From Moniliella sp. 'wahieum' (Eukaryota), in NCBI GenBank assembly GCA_003971905.1, contig RSEE01000005.1, positions 434,001-498,000 of the forward strand: a stretch of 64,000 nucleotides of DNA, in the 5' to 3' direction. A program made the translations under genes and the position numbers. The notes under the pieces were generated by a model. The model saw only the letters and a program-made list of their open reading frames with translations, was not told where the DNA came from and searched no databases. Positions 63,695 through 64,000 of this stretch are shown piece by piece. The number at the start of each line of letters is the position of its first letter. Within the stretch, counting starts at the first letter, position 1.

Positions 63695-64000
63695 ACCCAA
63701 GCAAGGTCAACTAGGCTACCCCAACGCAACCATCTCCTACAAAACAAAGCTCGACATGATAGAAATGAGTAGATTTCCGTTGCTTGATCTTCAGCACCTA
63801 CTACGCTGGCACCCATCCAGTTACAGAGCAGAATGAGGTGGAGACAAAATATAAGGTACAGGTTCTATTGGCCACCGGGGAGGAAAAATGGAGATGAAAG
63901 GGGGAGGGGGGGGCAGCCAGAAGAAATAAAGGAAATTATGTCCCTGAGCGATCCAGAGGAGGCTTTCGACTGCCTGCATCTCCTCGGTGTGGAGAGCCGG

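Overview
This is eukaryotic DNA: GC-rich, gene-dense and fungal, most likely a basidiomycete (Ustilaginomycotina-like, inferred from short GT-AG introns with CTRAC/CTAAC branch points and from protein similarity). About 20 protein genes are recognisable: SWD1 (partial), SAM carrier, transaldolase, Pbp1/ataxin-2, an Rdx/SelW-like protein, a RasGEF fused to an atypical small-GTPase-like domain, RAD14/XPA, NDUFA9, GRASP, VMA5, NUP84, ELP1, a velvet-domain regulator, INO1, NSE4, a PPR-like protein, NUP192, a FAF1-like protein and two hypotheticals. Nearly every gene has single-base frameshifts, often at homopolymers, which points to unpolished long-read assembly errors, so many CDS boundaries are approximate. 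I found no convincing rRNA, tRNA, CRISPR array or intact transposon. The best leads are the GTPase-like/RasGEF fusion, the split VelB-like velvet protein, a uORF-containing 5'UTR intron in INO1, and a gene-poor ~5.5 kb island (19.5-25 kb) with a decayed reading frame and repeated boundary motifs. All family calls are from recognising motifs by eye; no searches were run.
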